Positions 36,415-45,205 of a stretch of DNA of 64,000 nucleotides are shown here, in pieces. The DNA is from Chloroflexota bacterium (GTDB lineage: Bacteria > Chloroflexota > Anaerolineae > Aggregatilineales > J027): positions 29,073 to 93,072 of the forward strand of contig QMIT01000004.1 in NCBI GenBank assembly GCA_024434115.1. The letters run 5' to 3'. Below the pieces are notes generated by a model, which was not told the DNA's origin, searched no databases, and saw nothing but the letters and a program-made list of their open reading frames with translations. A program made the position numbers and the translations under genes. Numbering within the stretch: the first letter of the stretch is position 1; every line of letters starts with the position of its first letter.

Positions 36415-36771
36415 ATGAAGGCCGTAATCAAAAGCTACCATAGCCCGGATATTGAAGATTTGGAGGCATTTTATCCAGAGCTGCCAGATGATTTCGAGTT
36501 CCTACTTCAATTATTGGTTGGGCCAAACACGGAATCGTGGGGAGAGTCTTTTGACGTAACTGTATGCACTCCTAAAGCATTACTTCGCCGATACAATAAA
36601 GATGATGTCATCATTGGGCGACATCATCTCATTGTTTTCGAGTATGACTTCAAGCGCATCATGGGTAAGATTGAGAAATTCTTAATGCGCTGTGATGCCG
36701 ACACATGGCATGAAGTAGCCCTTAAGGTCGGCGAGTTGGGACATTGGGAATTTGAAGACTATAGGCTGTGA
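36415..36771 (+). CDS. Imm8-like immunity-family protein (orphan)
   Basis: 'DLEAFYPELPDDFEFLLQLLVGP....GESFDVTVCTPKAL....GRHHLIVFEYD' matches my recollection of Imm8 family members. The gene is AT-rich. Its ATG directly abuts the upstream stop. Confidence 0.5.
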   Translation: MKAVIKSYHSPDIEDLEAFYPELPDDFEFLLQLLVGPNTESWGESFDVTVCTPKALLRRYNKDDVIIGRHHLIVFEYDFKRIMGKIEKFLMRCDADTWHEVALKVGELGHWEFEDYRL

Positions 36772-36879
36772 TCTATTGGAGTTCAATGTAGATCAATAAT
36801 CCTAATCAACTGTCCCCCGCTGCTTTCCCTGTGACATTGCAATCATCACACCAAGCAGAACTTTACGTGGGTTGTAAGG

Positions 36880-38691
36880 TCACGATTTCTCGGTGATGGT
36901 GACGCGCTTCCATGTATCACTAATGCGTTTCCGCAAGAGCCGTTCCCGTTCTTTGAGGACACCCGCTGCTCGTACCAATAACGTGCCAATAATCTCAGGG
37001 GTGTCTTCCGAAAGCTCATGCGGTTCGAAGGCAGGGGGTAGTTCGTCGGGAATGGTGATGGTGGCAGGCGGGTTAAACAGATAGGGTTCATCATAAATTC
37101 CATGCGCAATACGGGTAGCCCAACTCGTGCTGGCCTCCACCGACACAGTGGTATAGCGCAGTTTTTCAGCCAGATATTGCAGCATGGCAAGGACGACTTG
37201 GGGGCGGCTTTGCATAAACATCATAAATGCCTGCCGCTTTAACACCAAGACTTTGACCTCCCCCACCGCAAGCGCACGGGCCGAACGGGGCTGCCCATCC
37301 AGCAGTGAAAATTCGCCCACCACGTCTCCGGCCCGGAAAGTCCGCAAGAACTTGTCTTCGCCGTCCCGGTGAGACGTCACATAAGCGTTGATATTGCCCG
37401 CTTCAATCATATACATGGAATCGCCCGTGTCACCCTGATCGAAAATAATTGCGCCATCAGGGTAATTTTCGACCACAATCGCCCGACAAAGATTTTCCAG
37501 ATTGGTCAGCGACACATTCCGAAATATTTCCATATGGCTCAGGCGCTCGGCCATCGCGGATAGCTGCTCAACTGTAAACGTCTCCGCCAATTCAGAAACA
37601 CGCATAAACATATCAAAGGTATGTACCAGTGTCGGGTCATAATCGGCCAATTCAGCATTGACCGTATCCCAAAGGGTCTGATCCTCGGCAGGAAACACTC
37701 GGCGCATAAAACTGGTGACATACACACCCAACTGGGTACGGATTTCATCATTTTCGCGCTGATATCCGGCGATTTCCTCCTGCCATGCACGTTTCAACCG
37801 ATCACTGACTTGACTTTTCAGGTTATTTTGCAAAATCCCGATATTGGCTTGCACCACGAGTAGGCGGCGAATGAGGGTGATGTTTTCCTGCCCAAAAAAA
37901 TCTTTCATCTCCCCCAAGATCTGCTCAATACCATTTCCTCCTAATCGTTGAACGGCCTTACGTTCGCCTGCCGAAACCCCAACTTCCAAACCGAGGGTCT
38001 GTTCAAAACGGCGCTTTTCGTCTTGAATGCCCTGATTCATCACAAATGCAATGAAAGCACTACCCGAAAAACCCAGCGTAATGGCAAACAGCAGCAAAAA
38101 TCGCCCATCGCTGTAGTCTTCAATTTGGATGAGACCCGCGTTGTAAATGGTATGAACCGCAATAGCAAGCAAGATGCCCACAATGGGAAAAATACGCTTA
38201 TTTTGTGAGGTCGCCCGCCGATAACGCCCAAAAAGAATCCCGACCATTGCGCTGGCGGTGGCGTGCATCAAAGAGGTCGAAAGCACCCGGCTGATAGCAG
38301 TCGAGAGGGCCGCATCACCCGCATCAGGCAAATAGATCAAGATGGTCTCCGACATCGCAAAACCTATGCCAACGGCGATTCCATAGATCGTGCCATCTAC
38401 AATGTAGCGAAAACGCGGTTGGAAAACGAGGTAAATCAATACTGCCGATTTGAGCAATTCTTCAAGGGTTGGGGCAACCCGCGTGGTCAGGGTTTCAAAT
38501 TCGACACCCCCAAATACCAGTTCATAGGTCAGGTTGGCAATGCCAAATGCCCCAATTGCTCCCCAACCAAAACTCACCAATACCGTGCTGATTCGACCCG
38601 TTCCATACAGGTCAAACGCATAGAAAAGGTAGATGGTTAGGGCAGGTATCGCAATCGCAATGACATGAGCAATCAGGGTTGAAAAATCCAT
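36880..38691 (-). CDS. PrsW-family intramembrane protease fused to a cyclic-nucleotide-binding (CAP_ED) domain
   Basis: The PrsW motifs 'TLEELLKS', 'GFAMSE', 'LMHATASAMVG' and 'VHTIYN' lie within about 7 TM segments. The C-terminal 'IFDQGDTGDSMYMIEAG...FRAGDVVGEFSLLDGQPRSARALA' is a cNMP-binding fold signature. Confidence 0.75.
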   Translation of the reverse strand: MDFSTLIAHVIAIAIPALTIYLFYAFDLYGTGRISTVLVSFGWGAIGAFGIANLTYELVFGGVEFETLTTRVAPTLEELLKSAVLIYLVFQPRFRYIVDGTIYGIAVGIGFAMSETILIYLPDAGDAALSTAISRVLSTSLMHATASAMVGILFGRYRRATSQNKRIFPIVGILLAIAVHTIYNAGLIQIEDYSDGRFLLLFAITLGFSGSAFIAFVMNQGIQDEKRRFEQTLGLEVGVSAGERKAVQRLGGNGIEQILGEMKDFFGQENITLIRRLLVVQANIGILQNNLKSQVSDRLKRAWQEEIAGYQRENDEIRTQLGVYVTSFMRRVFPAEDQTLWDTVNAELADYDPTLVHTFDMFMRVSELAETFTVEQLSAMAERLSHMEIFRNVSLTNLENLCRAIVVENYPDGAIIFDQGDTGDSMYMIEAGNINAYVTSHRDGEDKFLRTFRAGDVVGEFSLLDGQPRSARALAVGEVKVLVLKRQAFMMFMQSRPQVVLAMLQYLAEKLRYTTVSVEASTSWATRIAHGIYDEPYLFNPPATITIPDELPPAFEPHELSEDTPEIIGTLLVRAAGVLKERERLLRKRISDTWKRVTITEKS

Positions 38692-38765
38692 ATTGCGCTT
38701 TCGAGATAGGGTTTTATCCGTTGATTATAATGGAATACCGCCTCGCGTAAAAACGGATAAATTTT

Positions 38766-38819
38766 GTCGCAACAGGCCGCCGGATGTGCTACCATTAGCG
38801 TACTTGTCGCATTTGCGAC
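38766..38819. promoter_or_regulatory. possible operator: GTCGCA half-site plus a GTCGCA-tt-TGCGAC palindrome upstream of the Mo-hydroxylase operon
   Basis: 'gtcgca' lies at 38766-38771. 'gtcgcatttgcgac' lies at 38806-38819 (6-bp arms, 2-nt spacer), 21 nt before the ATG at 38840. Confidence 0.3.
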
Positions 38820-38839
38820 CTTCTACGGTAGGGAATTTC

Positions 38840-40282
38840 ATGTGGAAAAACTATTTTAGTGTAACCCATTTGGACGAAGTATTGACGCTGTTGGCCCAGC
38901 ACCGTGAAAGCGCCCGAATTATCGCTGGCGCAACCGATCTTTTGATCGAGATGGAGCGCAACCAGCGGCCCAACCTTGAGACGTTGATTGATATTACCCG
39001 TCTGTCTGGTCTCGACACAATAACGTTCGATGGACAATCCATTCAGCTTGGCCCATTGGTGACACATAATCAAGTCGTCGCCAGTGAGTTGATTGTGCAG
39101 CAGGCTTTTCCATTAGCCCAAGCCTGTTGGGAAGTGGGTGCGCCGCAAATTCGAAATCGGGCCACCGTCGCGGGCAATCTCATCACCGCTAGCCCAGCCA
39201 ATGATACGATTACGCCGCTGTGGGCTTTGGATGGGTCAGTCACACTTACCTCGACTGTGGGGAAGCGCACTCTGAGTTTTGCCGATTTTTATAAAGGTGT
39301 GCGAAAAACCGCTATGCGGCCAGATGAACTGCTCACTGCCATTCACTTCAAGCCGATGGCGGAAAATGAACGGGGCGTGTTTTTAAAATTAGGCCTACGC
39401 CGCGCCCAAGCTATTTCTGTCGTCAATATCGCGGTGATTCTCGGTTTTGACGGGGATCAGATTACCCATGCGCGGATTACGCTCGGCAGTGTTGCCCCCA
39501 CAATTATTCGCGTACCGGATGCCGAACAGTATTTGCATGGACGCTCTCTAACAGATGCCACGATTGTGGAAGCAGCTAAACTTTCGGGGGCAACCCCCAA
39601 GCCAATTAGTGATGTCCGTGCCACCGCTGCCTATCGAACTGAGATGGTCAAGGTGTTGACGGCCCGTGCTCTGCGAATGCTGCGTGACCATCAAGAGCGT
39701 GCCCATTGGCCTGAAAATCCTACCATGCTGTGGGGCACAAATCACGCCGCACAGTATTCCCCCCTACCCGCTTCCGTTCGCCACGAGGATGATGCCAGCG
39801 ACACCATTGTGACGACGGTCAACGGGGAAAAACATACAGTAACGGGCGCATCCAATAAGACTCTCCTGCGATTTTTGCGCGATGATGTTCACTTGATAGG
39901 AACAAAAGAAGGCTGTGCCGAAGGCGAATGCGGCGCATGTACCATTTATCTGGATGGGGTCGCGGTCATGGCCTGTATGGTGCCTGCGCCCCGCGCACAT
40001 GGGGCAGACATCGTGACGGTAGAAGGATTAGCTGAAGAGACGGCCCTACACCCGATTCAACAAGCTTTTATGGAGGCGGGTGGCGTACAGTGCGGATTCT
40101 GTACGCCCGGTTTTCTGATGTCTGGCGCGAAATTATTGGAGGAACACCCCCACCCCACCCACGAACAAATTGCCCAAAGTATTTCGGGTAATCTGTGTCG
40201 TTGCACTGGCTACTATAAAATCATTGATGCTTTTGAACTTGCAAGCGAAATAGCACAACAGAAGGAGCAAGTCATCCCATGA
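38840..40282 (+). CDS. molybdenum hydroxylase FAD-binding subunit fused to the [2Fe-2S] subunit
   Basis: The N-terminal 'ARIIAGATDLLIEM' and 'IRNRATVAGNL' are CO-dehydrogenase-flavoprotein-like. The C-terminal 'GCAEGECGACT', 'QCGFCTPG' and 'NLCRCTGY' are two 2Fe-2S motifs. I chose the ATG at 38840. Confidence 0.85.
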   Translation: MWKNYFSVTHLDEVLTLLAQHRESARIIAGATDLLIEMERNQRPNLETLIDITRLSGLDTITFDGQSIQLGPLVTHNQVVASELIVQQAFPLAQACWEVGAPQIRNRATVAGNLITASPANDTITPLWALDGSVTLTSTVGKRTLSFADFYKGVRKTAMRPDELLTAIHFKPMAENERGVFLKLGLRRAQAISVVNIAVILGFDGDQITHARITLGSVAPTIIRVPDAEQYLHGRSLTDATIVEAAKLSGATPKPISDVRATAAYRTEMVKVLTARALRMLRDHQERAHWPENPTMLWGTNHAAQYSPLPASVRHEDDASDTIVTTVNGEKHTVTGASNKTLLRFLRDDVHLIGTKEGCAEGECGACTIYLDGVAVMACMVPAPRAHGADIVTVEGLAEETALHPIQQAFMEAGGVQCGFCTPGFLMSGAKLLEEHPHPTHEQIAQSISGNLCRCTGYYKIIDAFELASEIAQQKEQVIP

Positions 40283-40758
40283 GTGTCGCCCGTCGTGAAG
40301 CCGAAAAAGAAAAACTAAAAAAGCGAAGCCAACTCGTCCCGGTTTTGGCCTTCGTACTCGTGCTCTCCGTCATAGCGATTTCATTTCTCGCTGCGCCGTT
40401 GATTGTAAACGAGGGTAAAGAGCGGAATGAAGATTTTAACCAGCGTGTATTGGAAGCCGAATTAAAACAAAATGAACTCTTCAAATTTGCTGGCAATAGC
40501 TATAGCCGAGTGGATGTTGCTGCTGGCGTTTTCCTATCCATTGTCTTGCTGGCTATCTCTTTTATGATTGTTGCCGCTGCCCTCGGGGGTGATTTCAGCC
40601 GCAAAGAAGAGGCCGTATTACCCCCGAACACCAATGACCCAAGGGCCATCCGTAAATATGAGAAAAAACGCGACAAAATTCGCCAGCAAAAAATCAAAGA
40701 GGTCAAGCGGCTTAAAGAGATACAAGACCGCGAAATGCGGAAACGTGGTCAAGGTTAA
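40279..40758 (+). CDS. small two-TM protein with Lys/Glu-rich termini, embedded in the Mo-hydroxylase operon
   Basis: Its start overlaps the upstream stop (ATGA). It has two hydrophobic segments and a charged coiled tail 'KYEKKRDKIRQQKIKEVKRLKEIQDRE'. Confidence 0.55.
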   Translation: MSVARREAEKEKLKKRSQLVPVLAFVLVLSVIAISFLAAPLIVNEGKERNEDFNQRVLEAELKQNELFKFAGNSYSRVDVAAGVFLSIVLLAISFMIVAAALGGDFSRKEEAVLPPNTNDPRAIRKYEKKRDKIRQQKIKEVKRLKEIQDREMRKRGQG

Positions 40759-40779
40759 GCATCTTGAAGGCAGAAAACC

Positions 40780-43014
40780 GTGTCGGATAATAATCAAATG
40801 CCTGCAATCGGCGTAAGCATGAAACGCATTGATGCCTTTGGTAAGGTGACGGGTCAAACGCCTTATCCAAGTGATTTGAATATGGACGGTCAGTTATGGA
40901 TGAAAATGCGATTTTCAGACCGTGTCCATGCGCGGGTGGTCTCGATTGATACACGCCGCGCCGAAGCCTATCCCGGTGTGGTCAGGATTTTTACGGCCCG
41001 CGATGTGCCCGTTAATGAATATGGCTTGGTGATGAAAGACCAGCCAGTTATTTGTGGCCCGGACAGTACCATCCCCGGCGCGGATGTGGTACGCTGTTTG
41101 GCCGATGTGGTTGCGGTGGTCGTTGCCGATACCGAAGAAAATGCCGCTGCTGCTTCCCAGTTAATTGACCTTGAATATCAAGACCTGCCTACCGTTTTTG
41201 ACCCAGAAGATGCTATGCAAGACGGCGCTCCTCAACTGCATCACGATAAACCCAATAACATCATCGTGCATTACAAAATCCACACGGGCGAAATGTCGGA
41301 AGGCTGGGCTAAATCCGATGTCATTTTGGAGGGCGAGTTTTCAACCGGCTATCAAGAACATGCCTATTTACAACCAGAAGCGGGACTCGGCTACCTTGAT
41401 GAGCAGGGCCGGGTCACAGTGGTGGTGGCGGGTCAATGGGTGCATGAAGATCAGGAACAAGTTTACCATGCTCTAAACCTCCCTCCCGACCAAGTACGGA
41501 TCATTTACCCCGCGATTGGCGGCGCGTTCGGCGGACGTGAGGACATGAGTGTCCAGATTGTCCTTGCACTGGCCGCTTGGAAGTTGGGCCGCCCCGTCAA
41601 AATCATTTGGAGTCGAGAAGAATCTATCCTCTATCATCACAAACGCCACCCCGTTAAAATTCGGGCCAAATGGGGCGCGACCCGTGATGGCAAATTGGTT
41701 GCCGCCGAAGCCACCGTGATTGGTGACGCCGGTGCCTATAATTACACCACCAATAAGGTGATGGGTAATGCCCATCTCATGGTGACAGGCCCTTATGAAA
41801 TCCCCTATGTGCAGGTGGATACCTATGGCGTCTATACCAACAACATCATGACCGGGGCGTTTCGTGGGTTTGGTGGGCCACAAGGCGCGTTCGCCGCTGA
41901 GGGCATGATGAACCGATTAGCGGAAGCGCTCGATCTTGATCCGGTTGAATTTCGCCTGCGCAATGTCATCCATGAAGGCAGCATCATGACGACGGGCACT
42001 CCCCCACCGCCCGGTGTCACCATTCGGCAGACCATCGAAGCAGGAGCTATCGAAAGTGGCGCTTGGTCACACAACGGGCAGAGTTGGCAAAAATCCGTCA
42101 CTCCGCAGCCGCGTGAAACTCATAAACGACGCGGCATTGGGTTTGCCTGTGGATTCAAAAATATTGGCTATAGTTTTGGCTTCCCCGAACAAAATTGGGC
42201 CACGATTGAACTACGTGGGACGGGTGTAATTGAAGAGGTAATTGTCCGGGCTGCGGGGGCGGATGTTGGGCAAGGCGCCCACACAATATTTGTCCAAATG
42301 ACAGCCGAGGCAGTCGGTGTTCCAGTTGAAAAAGTCCGGCTGATTGGGCACGACACCGCCGAAACCCAAACTTCGGGCAGTTCATCGGCTTCGCGTATGA
42401 CCTTTATGACAGGCAATGCCATTCGGGGTGCGGCGGAACTGGCTCTTAAGAAGTGGCAGGATGAAGAACGGCCTGCTATCGCCACCTATCAATATCGCCC
42501 CCCTGCTACCACGACGCTCGACAAAGAAACTGGCTATGGCACACCCAATTTTGCCTATGGCTATGTCGCCGAGGTCGCTGAAGTTGAGGTGGACTTGGAA
42601 ACGGGCATGGTCAATCTGGTGCGCGTCATCTGTGCCAATGATGTCGGCAAGGTACTCAATCGGATGCTCGTCGAAGGGCAGGTCGAAGGTGCGGTAGTTC
42701 AAGCGCAGGGTTACGCTATTATGGAGCACTTGGTTAGCCAAGAAGGGCGTGTTCTCAATCCCTTCCTCTCCACCTATCTCATCCCGACGGTCTATGACAT
42801 TCCAGTCGAGGTCAAATCTGTTTTGCTCGAAAATCCTGTGCCAATCGGCCCTTGGGGGGCGCGGGGCATGGCTGAAATGCCGTTTATCCCCCTTGCCCCG
42901 GCCATCGCCGCCGCCATTCATGACGCCACCGGCATTTGGTTCGATCATCTGCCGTTCATCCCAGACCAGATAGTGGAAGGATTACGCGAGCATGGACTCG
43001 GTGCCATCGTCTGA
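40780..43014 (+). CDS. molybdopterin-binding large subunit (xanthine dehydrogenase / aldehyde oxidase family)
   Basis: 'KRIDAFGKVTGQTPYPSDL' is the a/b-hammerhead start, and 'GGAFGGRED' and 'TGAFRGFGGPQG' are family signatures. It has a GTG start. Confidence 0.85.
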   Translation: MSDNNQMPAIGVSMKRIDAFGKVTGQTPYPSDLNMDGQLWMKMRFSDRVHARVVSIDTRRAEAYPGVVRIFTARDVPVNEYGLVMKDQPVICGPDSTIPGADVVRCLADVVAVVVADTEENAAAASQLIDLEYQDLPTVFDPEDAMQDGAPQLHHDKPNNIIVHYKIHTGEMSEGWAKSDVILEGEFSTGYQEHAYLQPEAGLGYLDEQGRVTVVVAGQWVHEDQEQVYHALNLPPDQVRIIYPAIGGAFGGREDMSVQIVLALAAWKLGRPVKIIWSREESILYHHKRHPVKIRAKWGATRDGKLVAAEATVIGDAGAYNYTTNKVMGNAHLMVTGPYEIPYVQVDTYGVYTNNIMTGAFRGFGGPQGAFAAEGMMNRLAEALDLDPVEFRLRNVIHEGSIMTTGTPPPPGVTIRQTIEAGAIESGAWSHNGQSWQKSVTPQPRETHKRRGIGFACGFKNIGYSFGFPEQNWATIELRGTGVIEEVIVRAAGADVGQGAHTIFVQMTAEAVGVPVEKVRLIGHDTAETQTSGSSSASRMTFMTGNAIRGAAELALKKWQDEERPAIATYQYRPPATTTLDKETGYGTPNFAYGYVAEVAEVEVDLETGMVNLVRVICANDVGKVLNRMLVEGQVEGAVVQAQGYAIMEHLVSQEGRVLNPFLSTYLIPTVYDIPVEVKSVLLENPVPIGPWGARGMAEMPFIPLAPAIAAAIHDATGIWFDHLPFIPDQIVEGLREHGLGAIV

Positions 43015-43858
43015 CCCACTGCCTATCGTCCTCATTCGCGGTGCAGGCGACCTCGGTTCAGGGGTCGCTTTTCGCTTATACCATGCAGGCTATCCCGTGA
43101 TTATGGTGGATTTGCCAGCGCCCTTGCTGGTACGGCGCACTGTTTCGTTTGGCAGCGCGATTTTTGAAACAGGAGGAGTCTATCAAGTCGAGGGGATTAC
43201 GTCGCGGGTCATCAAAGCTGATTCAGCGGTCTGGTTGGCGATGCGTGGTGGCGAAATCCCCATTCTCGTGGATACTGATGGGGCATGGCGCAATATCAAC
43301 ACGCAAGTCGTGATTGATGCACGGGTGGCGAAGCGGAACATTGATACCACACTGGATGATGCCGAATTTGTCTTGGCTCTCGGTCCCGGCTTTACGGTGG
43401 GCACCGATTGTCATGCCATTGTGGAAACCCAGCGTGGACACTCGCTAGGTCGGGTCATCTGGCAGGGCAGCGCCATTCCCAATACAGGTATTCCCGGCAC
43501 GATTGGCGGTAAAGACGGTCAGCGGGTGCTGCGTGCGCCGCGTGCGGGCCATGTCAAACCAAACGCCGCGATTGGCGATTCTGTTGAAGAAGGCGGGATT
43601 ATTGCCACCGTCGAAGGCGAACCCATTATCGCGCCATTTTCTGGTATGTTGCGCGGCCTGATTCATGAAAGTGTCGAGGTATGGGCAGGCTTGAAAGTTG
43701 GAGATTTAGACCCGCGTGGTGTCCGTGAACACTGCTTCACCATTTCCGATAAGGCGCTGGCGATTGGGGGCGGTGTGTTGGAAGCCATCCTTAGCCGGGG
43801 CATTTTGCCATTGCACAAACAAAACCGGGTAAGGGACGAGGCTGATGCGTTTACATGA
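42992..43858 (+). CDS. yqeB: YqeB-family selenium-dependent molybdenum hydroxylase system protein
   Basis: 'IRGAGDLGSGVAFRL...RRTVSF..A......VEG', 'GPGFTVGTDCHAIVETQRGHSLGRVIWQGSAIPNTGIPG' and 'VGDLDPRG....CFTISDKALAIGGGVLEA' match my recollection of the TIGR03309 family. Confidence 0.8.
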   Translation: MDSVPSSDPLPIVLIRGAGDLGSGVAFRLYHAGYPVIMVDLPAPLLVRRTVSFGSAIFETGGVYQVEGITSRVIKADSAVWLAMRGGEIPILVDTDGAWRNINTQVVIDARVAKRNIDTTLDDAEFVLALGPGFTVGTDCHAIVETQRGHSLGRVIWQGSAIPNTGIPGTIGGKDGQRVLRAPRAGHVKPNAAIGDSVEEGGIIATVEGEPIIAPFSGMLRGLIHESVEVWAGLKVGDLDPRGVREHCFTISDKALAIGGGVLEAILSRGILPLHKQNRVRDEADAFT

Positions 43859-45197
43859 GGCGTTGAATGTTCAACGCGGGGATGTAGTAGCGTTTACCGG
43901 GGCGGGGGGCAAAACCTCCGCAATGGTGCGCTTGGGACGTGAATTAGCGACACAAGACTGGCGAGTATTGGCAACGACTACCACCCGTATCGCCACGTCT
44001 GAACTCGAACAATTTCCCCATTCGGTTCATTGGCAGTCCAATCTTTTGCATGGTAAACGAGAACTAGCAACCCTGCTAGATAAAAAACGCCTTGTATTCG
44101 TCTATCAAGAAATTCGAGGCGATAAGGTCATCGGTCTGCCAAGCGAATCCATTTCACGCTTGGTGGATGAAATGAATGCCGATTTATTGCTGGTGGAGGC
44201 CGATGGGTCACGTCGCCTCCCCCTCAAAGCCCCGCGCCTCCACGAACCCGTGATCCCACAAGATACCACCTTGCTTGTCCCGGTTGCTGGGTTAGACGCG
44301 CTCGGTATGCCCTTTGATGAAACGACAGTCTATAACCCCGAACCGATTTTTGAACGCTATGGATTCCCTATTGGTCAGCCGATTCAACCCGCGTGGCTGG
44401 CCCAAATCGTGCGGGATGAACAAATCGGCCTCAAAGATTTGCCCTCCACTGCGCGAGTGGTGGTGCTGCTTAATAAGGCTGGTGAGGGGTTAAGCCGGGG
44501 TCGGGCACGGCGCATTGCTCAAATCATCCTTGCCTCCCCCAAAATTAATGCTGTAGCGATTGGCGCGATGCAAGCCAAAAATCCCGTTTTTGAGGTGCAG
44601 CGGCGGGTGGGGGTCATCATTTTGGCGGCGGGGCTGTCCTCGCGCATGGGCGGACATCCCAAAGCTCTGCTGAAATGGGGACGGCATACGGTGATCGAAA
44701 CCATCGTCAATACCCTCGTACCATTCCGCCTGCCTGAAATCGTGGTGGTGACAGGCTATAAATCCGGTCAGGTCGCCAGCACCTTACAAAACAGCCCGGT
44801 CAAAATCGCCTTTAATCCACAATTTAAGGTCGGGGAAATGCTGTCATCGCTGCAAGTGGGGTTAAAAACCATGAGCAGTGATATAGATGCCTGCATGGTG
44901 ATGATGGGCGATCAACCCCAAATCCGCGCCAAACTCATCCGCCAGCTTTTGAACCTCTACGCCGAAGGCAAGGGATCAATCATCGCCCCGATGTATCAAG
45001 GCCAGCGCGGACATCCGATTTTGATTCAGCGCCGTCACTGGCCCGATATTTTAGACCTGCCTTTTGGCAGTGCCCCGCGAGATGCCATCAATCGTAATCC
45101 GGTCTATACCTTTCCGGTGGATAACGACAGCATTTTGCGTGATATTGACACCCCTGAACAGTATGCTGCCGAAAAACGCCTAGCCGGATTGGAGTGA
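43845..45197 (+). CDS. fusion of a YqeC-family accessory protein (N-terminal) and a MocA/YgfJ-type Mo-cofactor nucleotidyltransferase (C-terminal)
   Basis: The N-terminus has 'VVAFTGAGGKTSAM...RVLATTTTRI' and 'LLLVEADGSR' (YqeC-like P-loop). The C-terminus has 'GVIILAAGLSSRMG..K' and 'MGDQP' (MobA/MocA-like). Confidence 0.8.
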   Translation: MRLHEALNVQRGDVVAFTGAGGKTSAMVRLGRELATQDWRVLATTTTRIATSELEQFPHSVHWQSNLLHGKRELATLLDKKRLVFVYQEIRGDKVIGLPSESISRLVDEMNADLLLVEADGSRRLPLKAPRLHEPVIPQDTTLLVPVAGLDALGMPFDETTVYNPEPIFERYGFPIGQPIQPAWLAQIVRDEQIGLKDLPSTARVVVLLNKAGEGLSRGRARRIAQIILASPKINAVAIGAMQAKNPVFEVQRRVGVIILAAGLSSRMGGHPKALLKWGRHTVIETIVNTLVPFRLPEIVVVTGYKSGQVASTLQNSPVKIAFNPQFKVGEMLSSLQVGLKTMSSDIDACMVMMGDQPQIRAKLIRQLLNLYAEGKGSIIAPMYQGQRGHPILIQRRHWPDILDLPFGSAPRDAINRNPVYTFPVDNDSILRDIDTPEQYAAEKRLAGLE

Positions 45198-45205
45198 CTC
45201 CAAGC

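Noticed and set aside
38692-38839. Possible purine or Moco riboswitch in the leader of the hydroxylase operon (a hairpin 'tatccgtt...aacggata' is present).
   Set aside because: I cannot match the conserved cores of the purine or Moco RNA motifs. The interval is short and partly occupied by palindromes that look like protein operators. A covariance-model scan would be needed.
38840-43014. In-frame UGA (selenocysteine) in the hydroxylase subunits.
   Set aside because: All three ORFs are uninterrupted, with no split ORF pairs or SECIS-like hairpins noticed. Any selenium involvement would be the labile-cofactor type.
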